Below are positions 61,776 to 64,000 of a stretch of DNA of 64,000 bases, piece after piece (the first letter of the stretch is position 1; each line of letters begins with the position of its first letter). The position numbers were made by a program, and so were the translations under genes. Origin of the DNA: Azolla caroliniana (taxonomy: Eukaryota > Plantae > Polypodiophyta); assembly GCA_043228905.1 (NCBI GenBank), contig JBHGNT010000006.1, positions 5,270,001 to 5,334,000 of the forward strand. Reading direction: 5' to 3'. The notes beneath the pieces are model-generated. The model saw only the letters and a list, made by a program, of their open reading frames with translations, had not been told where the DNA came from and searched no databases.

Positions 61776-63295
61776 GACATTAAAGTTACTCTTCATTAGC
61801 TCTAAGAATCTTTCCACAAATGAGGAAGACAAATTAAACAATTATACATTTTCATGTAGTAACTTTACTACATGTAGTATTCGTAAGTGATCCATGCTCC
61901 CATTTAAATTCTTCTTATCCATCATATTGAAACCTACAAAGGTTGCCAATGTAAGGTTTTCTATTTCCCAAAATTGAATCTATCATCTAGACTAGAACCT
62001 AGTTGTCCAACCACTATGGCATTTTTAATGTCAATCTATGCAATGATCTTAGCATGTAAACTACTTGATGATTATTTTAACCCAATTCTTTAATGGAGTA
62101 GTTCCACCTTCTTCACATGTGAAGAGTGAAGGAAACCTTGCTTTAACAAAATGTTGAATAAGGTAGACTAAGATAACTAACCCACTTTAGCAATTTGGCC
62201 ATTAGACACATCAACATCAATATATCATTTCCTAATCATAGTCCCTTGTTCACATCATCATGTGTAAAACTTAAAACGCTCGCATAAGGCATCTACTCAT
62301 TTGGATCTAGATTTGATATAGAGTATAATCTCTAAACTTGGGTAAAAAGTATATCAACATATCTAGTGGCACAAGTCTATGGAAAACTACTCAAGTATAA
62401 TTTCCACGGTTGTGTATGAGAACACTATTGTATGGGTTTAAGCCCACTATGAAAATATGTTGAAAATGGAATAAGTTTGGCTTTCTTGATGTTTGTTGAG
62501 CTAATAAACTCACATTTTCATTTTACCAATTCTAATTTATTCCTTCTTACCTTTATCTTCTCCTCTTTAGTTAAATGAAAATACTTGTCTATTCTCTACA
62601 TTGCCCATCATACCAACGAAAATTTGCCCTCATTTGGGTGAGACAAACAAAACGTTTTTGTGTTGGGCGATTTCTAAAGTTTTTGTGGCCATGTTGTAAT
62701 TAACTTTTTCCCATATAAAATGTCAAATAATGCACAACTTTATCACATTTTACTCATACTTTGTTCTTCTATATTGTTGATTAGCATCTTGTCAATTACT
62801 TTCAATACCCAAAAAATAAAAAGGAACATGATATGATCACTATGGTCCATTCCGAATCATTATACTAGCATTTTCCTTTTAAGGTAGGCTTGGCCACGAT
62901 ATAAAAATATCCCGTGGATTTTCAAATGTATTTACTAGGACACAAGTATTTAGTTATGATGTATTTCAAATATTTTTTGTTATGCAAACCATTTCTATTT
63001 TCAGATCAAGAAATATTTCACCATCTTATTTTATCATCAATCAGCGTGATCAGCCCAATTGCACTTAGCTCAACATATCTAGCATCTCTTACCATCTTGG
63101 ATCAAGCTCTTAGCTAACAATTACAGATTCTTGTTTAAAAGGTGCCCATTGATCCCCCCCAACAAGAGAATGCCCTCTCTCAAAGCCAGAACAGTTGTCT
63201 AGATGTGCAAAACAAACATGCCTATCCAAGTAACCAAATTTGCTGATGCAATTCCTTTGGAGGGAAACATGTAAAAGATAATTTACTGCTACATC

Positions 63296-63427
63296 ACATA
63301 TACATCCCCTGGTGCAAAGGGCCGTGATGTTTGACAATGATTTTGTCAGCATGTAAACTCACTATTACATGATACATCCCCTGGTGTGAAGTTCTTGATG
63401 TTTGACGATGATTTTGTCAGCATGTAT
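63296..63427. repeat. ~73-bp tandem duplication in the ACA 3' region
   Basis: TACATCCCCTGGTG...TGATGTTTGAC.ATGATTTTGTCAGCATGTA twice. Confidence 0.85.
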
Positions 63428-63553
63428 TTGTATTGTTATATCACCCAATAATTGTAACAAAAAAAAATAAAAGTTAAAAAAGAGGAAATAGATGTTTACA
63501 ATCTCAATAGACATCATCATGACTACACCAAGCAATAAGCATATTATTAAGAT

Positions 63554-63787
63554 ATCCAATGTGGAAGGAAAGGGGAGATTGCAGTAAAAGCTTTGGAGAA
63601 GGTGTCAATGTTTACCGAAAATAACACCTACCCGTTTTCATTAACTACTTTTGTCCAATGGCAATAAGCATACAAAATCCAATGTGGAAGGAAAGGAGAG
63701 ATTGCAGTACAAGCTTGGAGAAGGTGTCAATGTTTACCGAAAATAACACCTACCCGTTTTCATTAACTACTTTCGTCTGATGGCAAT
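63554..63787. repeat. 123-bp-period tandem duplication that includes the ACA stop codon
   Basis: ATCCAATGTGGAAGGAAAGG...CCCGTTTTCATTAACTACTTT...TGGCAAT at 63554-63665 and 63677-63787. Confidence 0.92.
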
Positions 63788-64000
63788 CTTTTATAGCCAT
63801 TATGCAAACCATCCCCTTGACTTGTCCTTCCTATCATCCCCCATAGTATTTCTATGAAAGGTTTGGAAGGCACTGGTATGAGCTTAATCAAAACGCCAAC
63901 AAAGAGACTTAAGCATCCCAATAGGACACTAATTGCCCACTGTGTTGCATTAAGAGGCACAGTATTAGCAAACACTCCAAGGAACTCAACAATGACTACT
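63763..64000 (-). CDS. ACA: Autoinhibited Ca2+-ATPase (P2B/ACA), final exon, partial
   Basis: VIVEFLGVFANTVPLNATQWAISVLLG...VLIKLIPV...HNGYKRLP, the typical ACA TM9-TM10 and tail; runs off the window end. Confidence 0.9.
   Translation of the reverse strand, partial: VVIVEFLGVFANTVPLNATQWAISVLLGCLSLFVGVLIKLIPVPSKPFIEILWGMIGRTSQGDGLHNGYKRLPSDESS

Noticed and set aside
58900-62900. Possible additional gene or TE in the long intergenic stretch
   Set aside because: No recognisable protein motifs, termini or consistent exon chain; probably highly decayed repeats.

Overview
AT-rich eukaryotic (land-plant) nuclear DNA with spliceosomal introns. The species cannot be fixed from sequence alone. Six complete host genes and one partial gene were assembled by hand from splice sites and family motifs: a 14-exon UGT80-type sterol 3-beta-glucosyltransferase (-), a CDKG/CDK11-like kinase in one long ORF (+), an 8-exon group-III CDPK (+), a 13-exon KDO8P synthase (+), an 8-exon ALG10 glucosyltransferase (-), a 5-exon plastid-type class I glutaredoxin (-), and the last exon of an ACA-type Ca2+-ATPase (-). 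There is also a complete, apparently intact 3.09-kb hAT transposon (TIRs, 8-bp TSD, 681-aa transposase), plus Copia, LINE and SINE relics and many short tandem duplications. The most interesting observation is in the CDKG kinase. It carries about 10 copies of a 35-aa repeat with ULM-like SRW motifs next to CDK S-P sites, and the whole array lies between a consensus GTAAGT donor and a pyrimidine-rich CAG acceptor 1569 nt apart (in frame), i.e. a candidate exitron switch. All gene models and homologies come from reading the sequence and recalling known families; no database search was run.
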